Shown here one piece after another: positions 15,862-24,732 of a stretch of DNA of 24,732 bases. A program made the translations under genes and the position numbers. This DNA comes from a virus (taxonomy: Duplodnaviria > Caudoviricetes), in the IMG/VR virus record IMGVR_UViG_3300006117_000049, positions 1 through 24,732 of that record; one strand, written 5' to 3'. The notes under the pieces are model-generated. The model was given only the letters and a program-made list of their open reading frames with translations, did not search any database and had not been told where the DNA came from. Numbering within the stretch: position 1 is the stretch's first letter; each line of letters opens with the position of its first letter.

Positions 15862-18233
15862 TATATGTTACCAGTAAAAATAATATAGTTGATAGTTAGG
15901 TATGGATTTACGATTGGAACAGCGTTTCCAGGCTTTGCATTGTTACTTGCACTAGAACTTGTTGCTGCTGAAAAATATTGAGTTGCCCCAGTTGCCGCAT
16001 AGGTTGGCAATTCAGTTACATCAAGTACTGCATTTTGTTGGCCGCCCGAACCGCCCACTGCATCGGCTGTGGTTGAGGTAATGCGTCTTGCGCCGGCAGA
16101 TCCGTTTAGTACTCCACCAGTGTATACTAAATTTCCATTAACATCAGTTGCTTGAGTATAGCTATTAACAGACGATCCATTAACACCGTCAGTTAAATTA
16201 TCCATGTTGTCACGACCTAGTGCAAAACGACCCCTTAGATCTGGGAGACAGAATGTGTTTTTGCCCTGTGGTGTTCCTAAATTATAAGTACTACCAATGA
16301 CGTTATAGAGTAATCTATAGGTATCCTGACTTATTTCACTACCATCACACAATAGATATCCTGCGGGAACTGTAGATCCAGTACCTGCAAATGGTAATAT
16401 TGAACCCACGGGCACTTGACTCACATGACTTAAAAATACACTCTTAGTCATTGACTTTAATACTGAGCTATTGACTGTGGTTTGTAATACCAACAGTTGA
16501 TCGCTAGGTGAAGAATCAGTTGCTGCTGGTTTATTTGTAATCAACGGAGTATCAGCGGTTACTGTTAGTACAGCTTGTCCGTTTGAACTTATACCATTAA
16601 ATAATGTTCCTGCAATACCGCTTACTGGATCTGGCACGCTGATAAAATCAGATTGTACATTACCTACAGTTCCGCCTAATTTAAATAAAGTACTATTAGT
16701 TAAGGCAGCAGCAGTACCGGTAACGCTACCAGATACTGTTCCAGCAAACGTTCCGTTAAACACTCCGTTAAATGTTGATGCATATATATTTCTAAATGGT
16801 CGTGTTTGTGATCCAATATCGTAGATTGGTACAGTTTGATCTGCTGCTGGTTGAATTACTGGACCACCACTAGCATTACCGCTGATTAGTATTTTTCCAG
16901 ATGTTGTTATATCGGCAGACGAAGTTAATGCTAAAGAAGTAGTAATACCCGATGTTGTATTTGCTGACAACACTGTAGAATTATTAGTAGTACCGTCAGT
17001 AACTATTAGGCCACCTGCTGTACCAGCTACTCCAGAAGTAATTACTCCGGCAACGCTCAATACAGTAGTTGGATTAGTGTTATTTGCTCCTATTCCAACA
17101 TTACCAGTTGCATCAATATGCAACATAGTTTTATTGTTTGTTATAAAATCAAAACTATTTCCGGTTACATTTCCTGTAAATCCAATACTTGTTCCGTTAA
17201 TGCCGAGATTAAAATCTAAATTGTTACCAACACTAATACCACTGGCATTTTTAATATTCAATGGATAATTTGTAGTGCTAGAGATATCTGATCTTAAAAA
17301 GTTAGATGAACTTACTGATGTATTATTAATTAATAATGAATCAGCTGACTGCGCTGTTCCCCAGAATCTAGTAACTGATGCTGCTAAGTTAGTAAATGTT
17401 AAACTTGTTCCCGAAACGAAATTTGGAGTAAAAACCACTGATGGGCTAAATGTAACTGTATTACCATTAACTGCTGTCACTGTTAGACTAGTAATATTGC
17501 TACTGTTAGGAGGAGCAGCGAATGTTGCACCTCGACTGACTCCGATCGCACTAGTCACAGTAAACGACGAACTAGTAGTGCCGATCGTAGCAGTCTGCAT
17601 AGTTGCCTGTACTACAGTAGCACCGGTTAGTGAGTTCGATGCATCAACTGTACTGAGATTTATACCTTCATTAATCGATGAGAACCCGCTAATACTTGAT
17701 TTTGGATTAAAGGTTTCTTTACTAATAATAGCAATTCTGTATCCATTAGCATACATGGATATTACATTATGTGTAACATTATTAATATCGTCAATGGTTT
17801 CTACAATAGGACCTGTAGTATTTCCAGTAGTATACTGTGGTCCTACTAATACCCAAGAGCTGCCTCCAAACAAATATAATTGTTGTGTAGTAGTATTAAC
17901 CCAAAGGTCACCGATGTTGCTACTTGCAACCGCAGGCGCAGTGTCACCTTTTTTAAGTGATCCAGCTTCGACCCAATTAGTCCCATCATACAACATGAGA
18001 ATTTTATTGCCAGTGTCATACCATAATTCACCCTGAACAGGTGTACTAGGTGCAGTTGGGCTAGCAAAATTTTCTAGTAGATGTAAAAAATCTTTAGCAA
18101 TTACCGGGGCATATCCTGAATAGTTTCTACCAACAAACGCTAAATCTGTAGTAGTGTTGAGAGAACCGTCCTCAACTACAAGGGGAATCTTAGCAGGATT
18201 TGTAGAATCTGTAAATTGAATTTGATAGGCCAT
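15861..18233 (-). CDS. tail fibre protein with phage tail-collar domain (790 aa)
   Basis: Same adaptor (VGRNYSGYA..DFLHLLENFA..P.QGELWYD); collar motif VPVGSILPFAG..PAGYLLCDGSEIS..Y..LYNVIG..F.LPDLRGRF (~16224-16415); ends NPYLTINYIIFTG. Confidence 0.88.
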   Translation of the reverse strand: MAYQIQFTDSTNPAKIPLVVEDGSLNTTTDLAFVGRNYSGYAPVIAKDFLHLLENFASPTAPSTPVQGELWYDTGNKILMLYDGTNWVEAGSLKKGDTAPAVASSNIGDLWVNTTTQQLYLFGGSSWVLVGPQYTTGNTTGPIVETIDDINNVTHNVISMYANGYRIAIISKETFNPKSSISGFSSINEGINLSTVDASNSLTGATVVQATMQTATIGTTSSSFTVTSAIGVSRGATFAAPPNSSNITSLTVTAVNGNTVTFSPSVVFTPNFVSGTSLTFTNLAASVTRFWGTAQSADSLLINNTSVSSSNFLRSDISSTTNYPLNIKNASGISVGNNLDFNLGINGTSIGFTGNVTGNSFDFITNNKTMLHIDATGNVGIGANNTNPTTVLSVAGVITSGVAGTAGGLIVTDGTTNNSTVLSANTTSGITTSLALTSSADITTSGKILISGNASGGPVIQPAADQTVPIYDIGSQTRPFRNIYASTFNGVFNGTFAGTVSGSVTGTAAALTNSTLFKLGGTVGNVQSDFISVPDPVSGIAGTLFNGISSNGQAVLTVTADTPLITNKPAATDSSPSDQLLVLQTTVNSSVLKSMTKSVFLSHVSQVPVGSILPFAGTGSTVPAGYLLCDGSEISQDTYRLLYNVIGSTYNLGTPQGKNTFCLPDLRGRFALGRDNMDNLTDGVNGSSVNSYTQATDVNGNLVYTGGVLNGSAGARRITSTTADAVGGSGGQQNAVLDVTELPTYAATGATQYFSAATSSSASNNAKPGNAVPIVNPYLTINYIIFTGNI

Positions 18234-18236
18234 TCG

Positions 18237-18845
18237 TTAAACTCCTACAAGTCCGGTTAGAGTTTGTATACGAACTGTATAATCAATTTGAATTAATCTG
18301 TTTAAACTTTTTTGTACCGGATGGAAAATAACGTGAGTAAGTAATAAACTGTTGCCCGAAGGACTGTAACTTTTCAATCCCAACTCATCGAATACATAGG
18401 TTGTTTGTCCTGATGCTGTAGTGTCATAGGCATTTTGTCCGCTAGGTTCACTATAGTCTAAAAGACAAGTTACAAAAATATCAGTGTAATTTGTTCCAGT
18501 TACGTGACGTGCTTCTGTAAAATTTCGAGTCGGATCGGTGTTGGTGCTTGAGTTAGGATCAACCACTTTAGTATAGGTTTGATTGTATAAACTAGCGTTA
18601 ATGCCGCTAGTATTAGGAGTTAGATAGGTAATAATTCCAGTAGGATCGACAGTAGTGCCCCCGTTGCCGAATGCCATTTGGTAGACAAACCCGCTATCAT
18701 TGTTAATCATACTGTTGGCTAGCGCCTGGCTCATATTTTCGTAATGGATCGCATTACGCTTGTTAATGTAAGTTTCCTTAGAGACAGGATCATAGATATG
18801 GATATGGCCTTCTACGTGGATTCCGGTTACGTCTTTGCTCTGCAT
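18237..18845 (-). CDS. putative baseplate/tail-fibre attachment protein (202 aa)
   Basis: Between the large virion protein and the fibres; MAFGNGG, FDELGL, LLTHVIFHPVQKS...IDYTVRI pattern like fibre-attachment domains; GATAAATA upstream. Confidence 0.6.
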   Translation of the reverse strand: MQSKDVTGIHVEGHIHIYDPVSKETYINKRNAIHYENMSQALANSMINNDSGFVYQMAFGNGGTTVDPTGIITYLTPNTSGINASLYNQTYTKVVDPNSSTNTDPTRNFTEARHVTGTNYTDIFVTCLLDYSEPSGQNAYDTTASGQTTYVFDELGLKSYSPSGNSLLLTHVIFHPVQKSLNRLIQIDYTVRIQTLTGLVGV

Positions 18846-18865
18846 AGTAATCTCTCTTTATCTTA

Positions 18866-18873
18866 TATTTATC
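18866..18873 (-). promoter_or_regulatory. putative late promoter GATAAATA
   Basis: TATTTATC on the + strand, about 20 nt before ATG 18845. Confidence 0.55.
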
Positions 18874-18894
18874 AATGTTTATAATGTGCTAGTT

Positions 18895-20559
18895 TTAATA
18901 CAATTTGGTAGAAGTTCTACCGCTAATTCCGGTTGTTGTTCTCGGGTATGCTGGTGCGCTAGAATTATTTTTAGCTCTAAAAGCATAATTTTGTTTAGGA
19001 TATGTTGGGCCAGTTCTATATAATTTATATAAGGCTGGACCGTTTGGAGAACCTATTCCTGTGGCGGCATCCCATCCTACAGTGGCTTGATATCCAACTG
19101 TGTTACCTCCATGATTATCACCGCTGGTAATATCATTGAATGCTGTAGTTCTGTTAGCGTACCAAGTAGCATTGGCCAATCCTACCCGTTTTCCGGACAG
19201 CTGATTAATTCTAGCTACAAGACCTGCTAGCAAAGGAGCCACCGCACTAGTACCAACAAATCCGGCACCAAATGTATTACTAGAAGTATAGTAAAAGTTA
19301 TATCCAGTTGCCATGGCAGAGACATCAGGAATGCCGCGGCCTGTTAAGGTTGCTACTGTGCCGCCTGGATATGTCTTACTACTGAATCCTGTTTGCCACG
19401 AGGGAACACTGAATAAACTGCTAACTCCTCCGCCGCCTGCATATGATCCACCGCTAGTTCCCCAGGGTGTTTCTGCTGTAATAGCGTAACTGCTATTAAG
19501 AGTAACTACAGTTCCCCCGGCACAAATTACATATGGGCTTGTTGCTGGATATTGCACTGTATAATCAGTACCACCGCTAACCGCTTTGACTCCATAGTCG
19601 CCTGCAGCCACTATTACTGTAATTCCCTTTGCCACACAACTAGCAAGTGCTGTTTCAAAAGATGCACGTTGACCACTAGACCAATTAGTGTCGGTTGTTC
19701 CCCAACTAATAGATAGCACACTAGGATTGTATGTAGTATCAATAGCCACTGCGGTTATTGTATCTATAAATCCTTGAAATGAGTTTGGAGCAAAGTATGT
19801 AACTTGTATAGCCTGCGGCGCTACTGCTCCTACACACCAAATGTCTAACATAACTTCACCACTGGCATTAGCATCAGCGCCGCCATCATTGGCGCCGCCG
19901 TCTACACTGACGTTATACACTGTCGGTGGTGCAAAGCTAATTTGACTAAATGTGCTGGTTAAATTTTGTGTAGTCCAGCCTCCACCTAATTCTAAAATAG
20001 CCACGCATGCACCTTTGCCCTGTTCAGCTGCGGTAGTTGCAGGATCTGCAGGAAAAACATACCCTTGAGACAGCTCATTAGGATATGGACTAGAAGAGGA
20101 GCTTTGTTCTAAACTAGGATCTTGATGGGCATCAAATTTAAACGATAGTGAGTTATCTAGTCCAAATATCGAAGTAACAGCATTAGAAATTTCTGCAGGT
20201 ATCGTTATATTTCCAGTGTGCGTAAAATATACTTTATCATCACTAGTTACAGTTTGTAAAGTTATACCAAAGAGTGCATTAAACTGTGCAGTGGTTCCTT
20301 GAACTTTTATAACTGCACCTCCCTGAGACGCTTCAACAATTACTAGGTTATTAGCTGTTGCCCAGGAAGTTACTATATCCATGTCTTGAGCAGTAGCACC
20401 AAATTGATATTCAAACTCATCATGATCAAGTATAGGGTGTGTGCCATCGCCAATGGCCTCAGCATACTGATGTATATCCATGCCGTTATCATGTGTATCT
20501 CTGTTGATATACAAACTAACTAATATGATATCGTCAAGATTTTTATTTGTAGTAGTCAT
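18895..20559 (-). CDS. sedolisin/kumamolisin-family serine-carboxyl protease (peptidase S53) with pro-domain
   Basis: Pro-domain LDHDEFEYQFGA...V..WA; catalytic GEVMLD (Glu, Asp), SISWG, oxyanion AAGDYG, YPATSPYV..AGGT, GRGIPDVSA, nucleophile GTSAVAP, Ca-site FNDITSGDN...GWDAATGIGSP. ATG 20559 (GGAA upstream) preferred over TTG 20571. Confidence 0.93.
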   Translation of the reverse strand: MTTTNKNLDDIILVSLYINRDTHDNGMDIHQYAEAIGDGTHPILDHDEFEYQFGATAQDMDIVTSWATANNLVIVEASQGGAVIKVQGTTAQFNALFGITLQTVTSDDKVYFTHTGNITIPAEISNAVTSIFGLDNSLSFKFDAHQDPSLEQSSSSSPYPNELSQGYVFPADPATTAAEQGKGACVAILELGGGWTTQNLTSTFSQISFAPPTVYNVSVDGGANDGGADANASGEVMLDIWCVGAVAPQAIQVTYFAPNSFQGFIDTITAVAIDTTYNPSVLSISWGTTDTNWSSGQRASFETALASCVAKGITVIVAAGDYGVKAVSGGTDYTVQYPATSPYVICAGGTVVTLNSSYAITAETPWGTSGGSYAGGGGVSSLFSVPSWQTGFSSKTYPGGTVATLTGRGIPDVSAMATGYNFYYTSSNTFGAGFVGTSAVAPLLAGLVARINQLSGKRVGLANATWYANRTTAFNDITSGDNHGGNTVGYQATVGWDAATGIGSPNGPALYKLYRTGPTYPKQNYAFRAKNNSSAPAYPRTTTGISGRTSTKLY

Positions 20560-20573
20560 ATTAAATTCCAATG

Positions 20574-23500
20574 TTAACGACTATAGTCAGTATACCATAT
20601 ACCAGGAACTGCTTTAATAAATTTAGCTATTGTGCTGTTGTCTTGTAGTATGTTGCTTGTAGTGTCGCCTGCACGTATATTTTGATTTAATAGATTTAAA
20701 TCATATCCATCCCACAATTCACCTGTTGTTTTAACTACAGTTATTTGTGTGCCAACTGCTAGTTTGTTTGTCAATGTAATAGATGAAGACGTTCCGTCGA
20801 CTGTAAAATCTGCTGGGAAACTAACATCGCCGTTGGGGCTATAAGGTGCATTATTAATGTTGAATACACTGTACGCAGATTTCTTCAGACGGATGTTTCC
20901 AACAAAGAAATGCCAGTTTGCACTGTCAAGAGTGAATGTACTAGAGCTTACGTGAGCTGTTGTACATTTGTATGTATAGCTGTTAACTGTAACAATGTCA
21001 CCAATACTGTAACTAGTATTTGCAGACCAGATAGCAGTATCGTTATATCCGCCGACAAACACTTCAATCTCATTTACGCTCTTAGGAACAAAATTAAGAT
21101 TTACAGTGTTAGTTCCATCAGATTTGATTGTATATGTTGTAGCTGTATCCACATAAGGAATTGTTTCACTTGGTCCAATATTTTGCACTGCTGTTCCGGA
21201 ACGATTCAGTGAATATATACCTGTGCCTAATGTACCTCTGCGTAGTTGACTTAGTACATTACCATTGAGAGCAAAGTATTCAATACGTTCTCCGCGGATC
21301 TCAACTATTCCTGGTTTATTTTGAGAAGGATTTGGTAAGTCAAATTTACTTGCATCAACTACTACAATTTGTGTGTCATTCCATTTTAAATCTGCGGCTA
21401 GCATGGTTCTAGTATTGGCATTTAATCGCTTATAGCTAACTCGGTTAAGCATATCTTTAAACTGCATATATGATGCACCGGTTTGCGGCAATACATTGCT
21501 ACCAAATGTAATTAAAGTAATTTTATCTGTTAAACTTGGTGCAACTGTCAGTTGAACCGATTGTAAATCTGCACTTAATTGATAATCAACGGACGGTGTT
21601 AACAGCGTATTATTTTTAATTACCCAGACATAGTTACTGTTTAATACAGGACGATCTAATGGTAATGACCCGCTGGTCAATCTATTAAACGCATAAAATG
21701 CTGGAGTCCCCGGAGTAATTGAATATGAAGAATTAAATTCAATTTCTGTTCTTTGCATATCTAAGAAATCGTGAACATATGAGCTAATAACTTCTACAGT
21801 ATGTGTATTGTCGTATGCTTGAGTAAATGTTATTTGTTGAGTATTTGGATTATACGAGTATCCATCAGTTGCTTGTACACTGACAGTTAGTTGTTTTCCT
21901 AAATACTGCCCATAGATTGCTTGATTAATGCTCACAGTTATACCGCTTAGATCAACAGTATAATCTTTGCCTAGCGTTAATTTATTTCCATCTGCGTATA
22001 CTAAAATGCTGTCAATTGATACTGTAAATGGTGTAACTTTATAAGAATCGATTGTATAATTTAGCTCTTGATTCTGTATAGTATAATAACTGTTAACAGG
22101 TCCGTATAGTATATTTTGATCTACACGAACTAACATAAATGACTCATCCGGTAACTGATTGCCTACAGGATTTTGTAAAGTATATGTCAAACTACCATTG
22201 GTTGCAATCTTTTCTGATTTAGTAATCGCAAATGACTGTTTAGATCCTGATACTATAATATAGTTTATCAGTGAGCCGGCTGCTGGAGCTCCTGCAAATC
22301 GTAGACCAATAGTATTCGAATATTCATATGTTGAATCTGTTTTAAATAGTGTTGGGTTTACAGGTTGCCCGTCAACATAGGCTAAAAATGTTACAGGTGT
22401 TGTCCAAGGTGCTGTTGTAATAAATTCTCTAGTTGTTCCGTCACCTACAAAATAATTAGTATCTAAAATATTAGCACCACTAAACCCAATGCTAAAAATA
22501 CTGATTGTTTGATTAGCTGTTGGAACTGAGCTAAACTTGATCAGTCTATTTTTATAATCAACTCTATAGTCTGTTGTGTTATCTGTAGTATAGTTCATAA
22601 TTGTTGAACCAATTTTAACTATTACTGCTGTAGGACTATTAGGTTGTTGACTAATTGAATACTGGTAAGTAATTCCATCTGAAATATAATTATCAACCTT
22701 AATGCTTGCAGAACCAGTACTAGGTTTATCATAAACTTTAACCGCTAGTGCATCTACGACTTGTCCCGGAACAACTTCTTCCGTCGCTGGGCTAGTAGTT
22801 GGTGTAACTAAACCGTCGCCGTCGAGCACAATATCATCTGCTGCTAAACCTGTTGCTGTACTGTATGCAAGATCACCACCTGTGATTGCGGTATCATAAT
22901 CAACTAATTGACTATTAATTGAACCATCACTGGTCTGCTGACGCAATATAAATGAATCGTTATTACTTACTACAAATGAATTAGGAATAGCTATTACGGT
23001 GCTAGTAGTACCATCAGCATTATTGACCGTTGTAACAGTAGGTGTTCCAGTGGTGCCAATATTAATTGTTTGCATGATAGCACTTGAATTAGTCTGCTGT
23101 GGTGTACCGTAATTAGGATCATCTAATCGTTGAGGAGCCAATGTGCCGGTAATAGCAATAGTGCTGCCTGATGGTGTGTCTGCTAAAGCCGATTGAGTTA
23201 GCACAATGGTTCCGTTAGCATTAATTGTCACGTCGACTGGTTGTATCAATGTTCGAGTAAATGTGATGCTGGTTGCATTTGCAATATTTGTATATAATAT
23301 TTGATTTAATGTTACATTGTAATTAACAGGATCAATGCTAACAATCTCTGCATTATAGCCAAAACTATTCACGGCGGTCGACACAATATCACCGATACGC
23401 AATCCGGTTGTATCTGCTAGCGATAGTATAAAACTACCTGCAAGATTACTAAATGTCAGAACTGTACCGTCTGGAACTGTACCGATAGGAGGTGAGCTAA

Positions 23501-24731
23501 TTGTTAATGTGGTTGATGATAGCACACGAATTACTTGCTGTCTATTGCTAAATCCTGTTCCAGATATAATCATCCCCGGTACAATGCCAACAGTACTTGC
23601 CACTGTCAATTGCGTATTGACACTACTTGCTGCGGTATAGGTACTGGTGATAGCCCGAGTTTGTTTAAATAATTCAACGGTGGCAACTGGAAAACTAATC
23701 TTAGGGTTGAACGAATAACTCGAAGTAGTTCCATCGGCTGTATAAGACTTAATGTAATTTTGAACATAATATACGTTCAATAAAGTGCCCACTGTGGGAT
23801 TATATGGCAGGGTAAACGTATGAGTATTCGCCGCTACCTGGATTGTATAATCGGTATAGTTAGGGTCGAAAGCGTCCCATTTATCTGTATAGAATGCGCT
23901 AGAGTCCCAACCGCCACTGACATTAAAATCTAAACCGCTAACAACGGCGCCGCCGTAATCAACTCCGGTCATTAATTGTGACAAATCTTTTCCTAACTGT
24001 CCGCTAGTTGGATTATAGTAAAACTGAATTCTATCTACTGATGTCAGGAATGTAGTATCAACTGAATAATTTATTACTATTACACTGTTTTTCTTTGGTG
24101 CGGTTGATAAAGTTAGTTTACCAGAATAAACAGTCTGTCCAGATACTTTACTAGATACTAAAGAAATAGTGTAAAATTCTCTCAATAGTGGCGCACCATT
24201 AATTGTGACACTAGATTTACCTACACGGATATCCGGAGCCCATTGCAACGTAAATTGTAACTGTGAACTAGTAGTTGTAGTAAATGTTTGAGTTTTATTC
24301 AAACTATTCATATAATAGCTAGGTGTAAGTCTATCAAATTTTAAACTAATTAAACTTGATCGAACTACACTATTACCAATATAAGCTACCGCAGTGGCCG
24401 GTGTGCCGCCTACTGATAATCCACCGCTAAGAGTCACAGTTGGGGTTGTTAAATATCCTTTACCGTTAGTTATTAACACAATTCTATTAACAACTCCGTT
24501 GGCAATGTATGCTTTAGCTGTGGCGCCGGATCCAGAACTGCTGCTAATAATAACCTGTGGAATATTAATATATCCGCTGCCGCCTGATGTAAGATGAATT
24601 TCTGTCACTTCGAATCCAACATTATCTAACCAGAATTTCCAAGGATATTCGGTCAGTGTAGAATCAGTGTAGTGAACAACACCATTTGATACCGTTGGGC
24701 ATAGAGTGGTTAATTTGTTGTTTTCATATGT
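20574..24731 (-). CDS. very large virion (baseplate wedge/tail-associated) protein, 5'-truncated
   Basis: The frame stays open from 24608 to the window edge (...YPWKFWLDNVGFEVTEIHLTSGGSGY). GGSGY...GSGATA repeats, repeated (G)DG.T..F beta modules, GERIEY...LRRGTLGT, CBM-like motif. Confidence 0.8.
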   Translation of the reverse strand, partial: TYENNKLTTLCPTVSNGVVHYTDSTLTEYPWKFWLDNVGFEVTEIHLTSGGSGYINIPQVIISSSSGSGATAKAYIANGVVNRIVLITNGKGYLTTPTVTLSGGLSVGGTPATAVAYIGNSVVRSSLISLKFDRLTPSYYMNSLNKTQTFTTTTSSQLQFTLQWAPDIRVGKSSVTINGAPLLREFYTISLVSSKVSGQTVYSGKLTLSTAPKKNSVIVINYSVDTTFLTSVDRIQFYYNPTSGQLGKDLSQLMTGVDYGGAVVSGLDFNVSGGWDSSAFYTDKWDAFDPNYTDYTIQVAANTHTFTLPYNPTVGTLLNVYYVQNYIKSYTADGTTSSYSFNPKISFPVATVELFKQTRAITSTYTAASSVNTQLTVASTVGIVPGMIISGTGFSNRQQVIRVLSSTTLTISSPPIGTVPDGTVLTFSNLAGSFILSLADTTGLRIGDIVSTAVNSFGYNAEIVSIDPVNYNVTLNQILYTNIANATSITFTRTLIQPVDVTINANGTIVLTQSALADTPSGSTIAITGTLAPQRLDDPNYGTPQQTNSSAIMQTINIGTTGTPTVTTVNNADGTTSTVIAIPNSFVVSNNDSFILRQQTSDGSINSQLVDYDTAITGGDLAYSTATGLAADDIVLDGDGLVTPTTSPATEEVVPGQVVDALAVKVYDKPSTGSASIKVDNYISDGITYQYSISQQPNSPTAVIVKIGSTIMNYTTDNTTDYRVDYKNRLIKFSSVPTANQTISIFSIGFSGANILDTNYFVGDGTTREFITTAPWTTPVTFLAYVDGQPVNPTLFKTDSTYEYSNTIGLRFAGAPAAGSLINYIIVSGSKQSFAITKSEKIATNGSLTYTLQNPVGNQLPDESFMLVRVDQNILYGPVNSYYTIQNQELNYTIDSYKVTPFTVSIDSILVYADGNKLTLGKDYTVDLSGITVSINQAIYGQYLGKQLTVSVQATDGYSYNPNTQQITFTQAYDNTHTVEVISSYVHDFLDMQRTEIEFNSSYSITPGTPAFYAFNRLTSGSLPLDRPVLNSNYVWVIKNNTLLTPSVDYQLSADLQSVQLTVAPSLTDKITLITFGSNVLPQTGASYMQFKDMLNRVSYKRLNANTRTMLAADLKWNDTQIVVVDASKFDLPNPSQNKPGIVEIRGERIEYFALNGNVLSQLRRGTLGTGIYSLNRSGTAVQNIGPSETIPYVDTATTYTIKSDGTNTVNLNFVPKSVNEIEVFVGGYNDTAIWSANTSYSIGDIVTVNSYTYKCTTAHVSSSTFTLDSANWHFFVGNIRLKKSAYSVFNINNAPYSPNGDVSFPADFTVDGTSSSITLTNKLAVGTQITVVKTTGELWDGYDLNLLNQNIRAGDTTSNILQDNSTIAKFIKAVPGIWYTDYSR

Positions 24732-24732
24732 C

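Noticed and set aside
17275-18036. 253-aa + strand ORF (also 17077-17268, 14402-14602, 11260-11502, 24394-24597)
   Set aside because: Antisense shadows of well-supported fibre genes; the Val/Pro/Leu-rich composition mirrors Thr/Gly/Asn/Ser codons; no RBS or motif.
10899-18233. Diversity-generating retroelement or invertible tip cassette acting on the fibres
   Set aside because: No reverse transcriptase, invertase or near-identical TR/VR repeat seen; paralogy is visible only at the protein level.
12140-21212. Short off-frame ORFs 12140-12328, 12149-12334, 17846-18067, 18835-19023, 20910-21212
   Set aside because: Short, nested in or opposite long genes, with no RBS or motif; I did not notice a codon shift like the one in thyX.
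24606-24608. GTG 24608 as the start of the 1344-aa protein
   Set aside because: The frame stays open to the window edge; the true start lies outside the window.
1-24732. CRISPR array, tRNA/rRNA, intron/intein, transposase, stop-codon reassignment
   Set aside because: Intergenic gaps are all under 80 nt with no such structure; thyX and the ATPase are uninterrupted; genes tile cleanly under the standard code.

Overview
AT-rich segment of a large (probably jumbo, myovirus-type) bacteriophage genome, standard genetic code, in two convergent blocks. The + strand block (1-6715) carries small hypothetical genes, a MoxR-type AAA+ ATPase next to an HExxH-metallopeptidase/vWA (DUF2201-like) partner, each behind a consensus sigma70 promoter, and ends with thyX. 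The - strand block (24732 to 6669) is a tail/baseplate module: a very large, 5'-truncated virion protein, an intact sedolisin/kumamolisin (S53) protease, a baseplate-associated protein, three paralogous tail fibres sharing an N-terminal adaptor, and a fourth Ser/Thr/Gly-rich virion protein. It ends in a tightly coupled six-gene operon of four GT-A glycosyltransferase-like proteins interleaved with two proteins that resemble tail-fibre assembly chaperones. The best leads are: (1) a candidate tail-fibre/virion glycosylation operon with its own sigma70 promoter inside an RBS-occluding inverted repeat; (2) an acid-protease family gene inside the tail module; (3) a +1-frame ORF overprinted on the 5' half of thyX, with codon usage suggesting the frame is kept open; (4) a UUCG hairpin forming the whole spacer of a consensus promoter. 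All family assignments come from reading motifs by eye; no database searches were run.
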